DNA of 63,957 nt, the filler included, from Atractiella rhizophila (taxonomy: Eukaryota): assembly GCA_021432655.1 (NCBI GenBank). It is 12 parts of 9 records of this genome, joined end to end, with 100 filler letters (N's around TTAATTAATTAA, not from the genome) between each part and the next. Parts side by side here need not be neighbours in the genome. Positions count along the whole stretch, not along the records: positions 62,918 to 63,957 come from MU272270.1; 11 more parts are not named here. One strand, written 5' to 3'. Below are positions 63,185-63,957 of the stretch, piece after piece. Position 1 is the first letter of the stretch; the number at the start of each line of letters is the position of its first letter. The position numbers and the translations under genes are program-made. Below the pieces are notes generated by a model that did not search any database, had not been told where the DNA came from, and worked only from the letters and a program-made list of their open reading frames with translations.

Positions 63185-63957
63185 GTGTGCCTTCTTTTTG
63201 CTTGCGACTTGTTCTTTGGGTTGATGATAGCGAGGGAGGAATGTTTTGAGTGTTTTGGTTAACTTTGTGTTGTGACCATCATGTCACGCGACCATGGGCA
63301 GGAGTTGTCGAACTATACAAGCCCTACAACTTCGTCGCATGCATAATTTGGGGAGACACAGAGACAGGAGTTCCCAGCTGAATTCCTCAAAAGAGCAGGA
63401 AGCTTAGTATCCTTCTCTCCTATTTCTGTGTCCGCTTCACTACAAAAGGCGGGCAATGCATCTCTCGAGCTCACCTGCTCACCTTGTATACATGCAAGTG
63501 CACGTTATCAATGCCTGTTGGTTGGAGGCAGTTCTCTATTCTTTCTCTCCCATTTTGCATTTGAGAAGAAGATTGTTCAACGACCTATTGGGCATCTGTG
63601 AAAGCGAGTGTAATACACGCAACCTTCACTGAATTGCTCGCACTTTCACCAATACCTTGGTAACTTTCCACCTTTTTCGTCGCTTTATGGGATTATACCG
63701 TGATATAACTGCTATAAGAGGTTTTCATGGAGCGGCTAGAACGCCATTATGACGCGTTAGAAATGCCATTTTTACGCTACGGCTACCCATTACTTCATTA
63801 AACACGCGACAGATCTGAAAAGAGTCAAATTTAGGAAAGGTTATTCTGGAATGATGAACGACTCGATGAAACGAAGTATCACTTTCTTTTATTCGAAATT
63901 TCATCGTTTGGTAATTTAAACCAGAACTGCTACTCTCCATCCCAAGTTCGCCGCGCT

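Overview
This window is eukaryotic DNA from an intron-rich basidiomycete-type fungus, not a prokaryote. It is 12 contig pieces joined by artificial 100-bp linkers (44 N + TTAATTAATTAA + 44 N) at 9659, 19334, 29005, 31170, 36669, 46203, 48483, 54713, 58911, 60866 and 62818, so adjacency across a linker is not evidence of linkage. The first ~18 kb and 29.1-31.8 kb hold nested, mostly decayed transposons: two Copia elements, Helitron Rep and PIF1 helicase pieces, hAT, CACTA-like, a chromovirus Gypsy and several LTRs. The rest carries ordinary, often truncated, spliced genes: two MFS transporters, TSR4, a CPL1/priA-like secreted protein, F-box-like genes, BRR6/BRL1, NIP1, LOS1, a ubiquitin-domain protein, two NAD(P)-binding enzymes, IMP peptidase, LysM, RPS4, a WW protein and an S1/P1 nuclease. 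Two signals stand out. (1) Four LTRs from Copia and Gypsy-type families each carry a 49-58 nt intron-like segment whose 3' end directly repeats the upstream exon end, suggesting an LTR intron regenerated at strand transfer. (2) A tandem pair of ~130-nt multi-stem RNA modules with compensatory base changes lies downstream of the chromovirus pol. All calls come from reading the sequence by eye; no database search was run, and exon boundaries are approximate unless stated.
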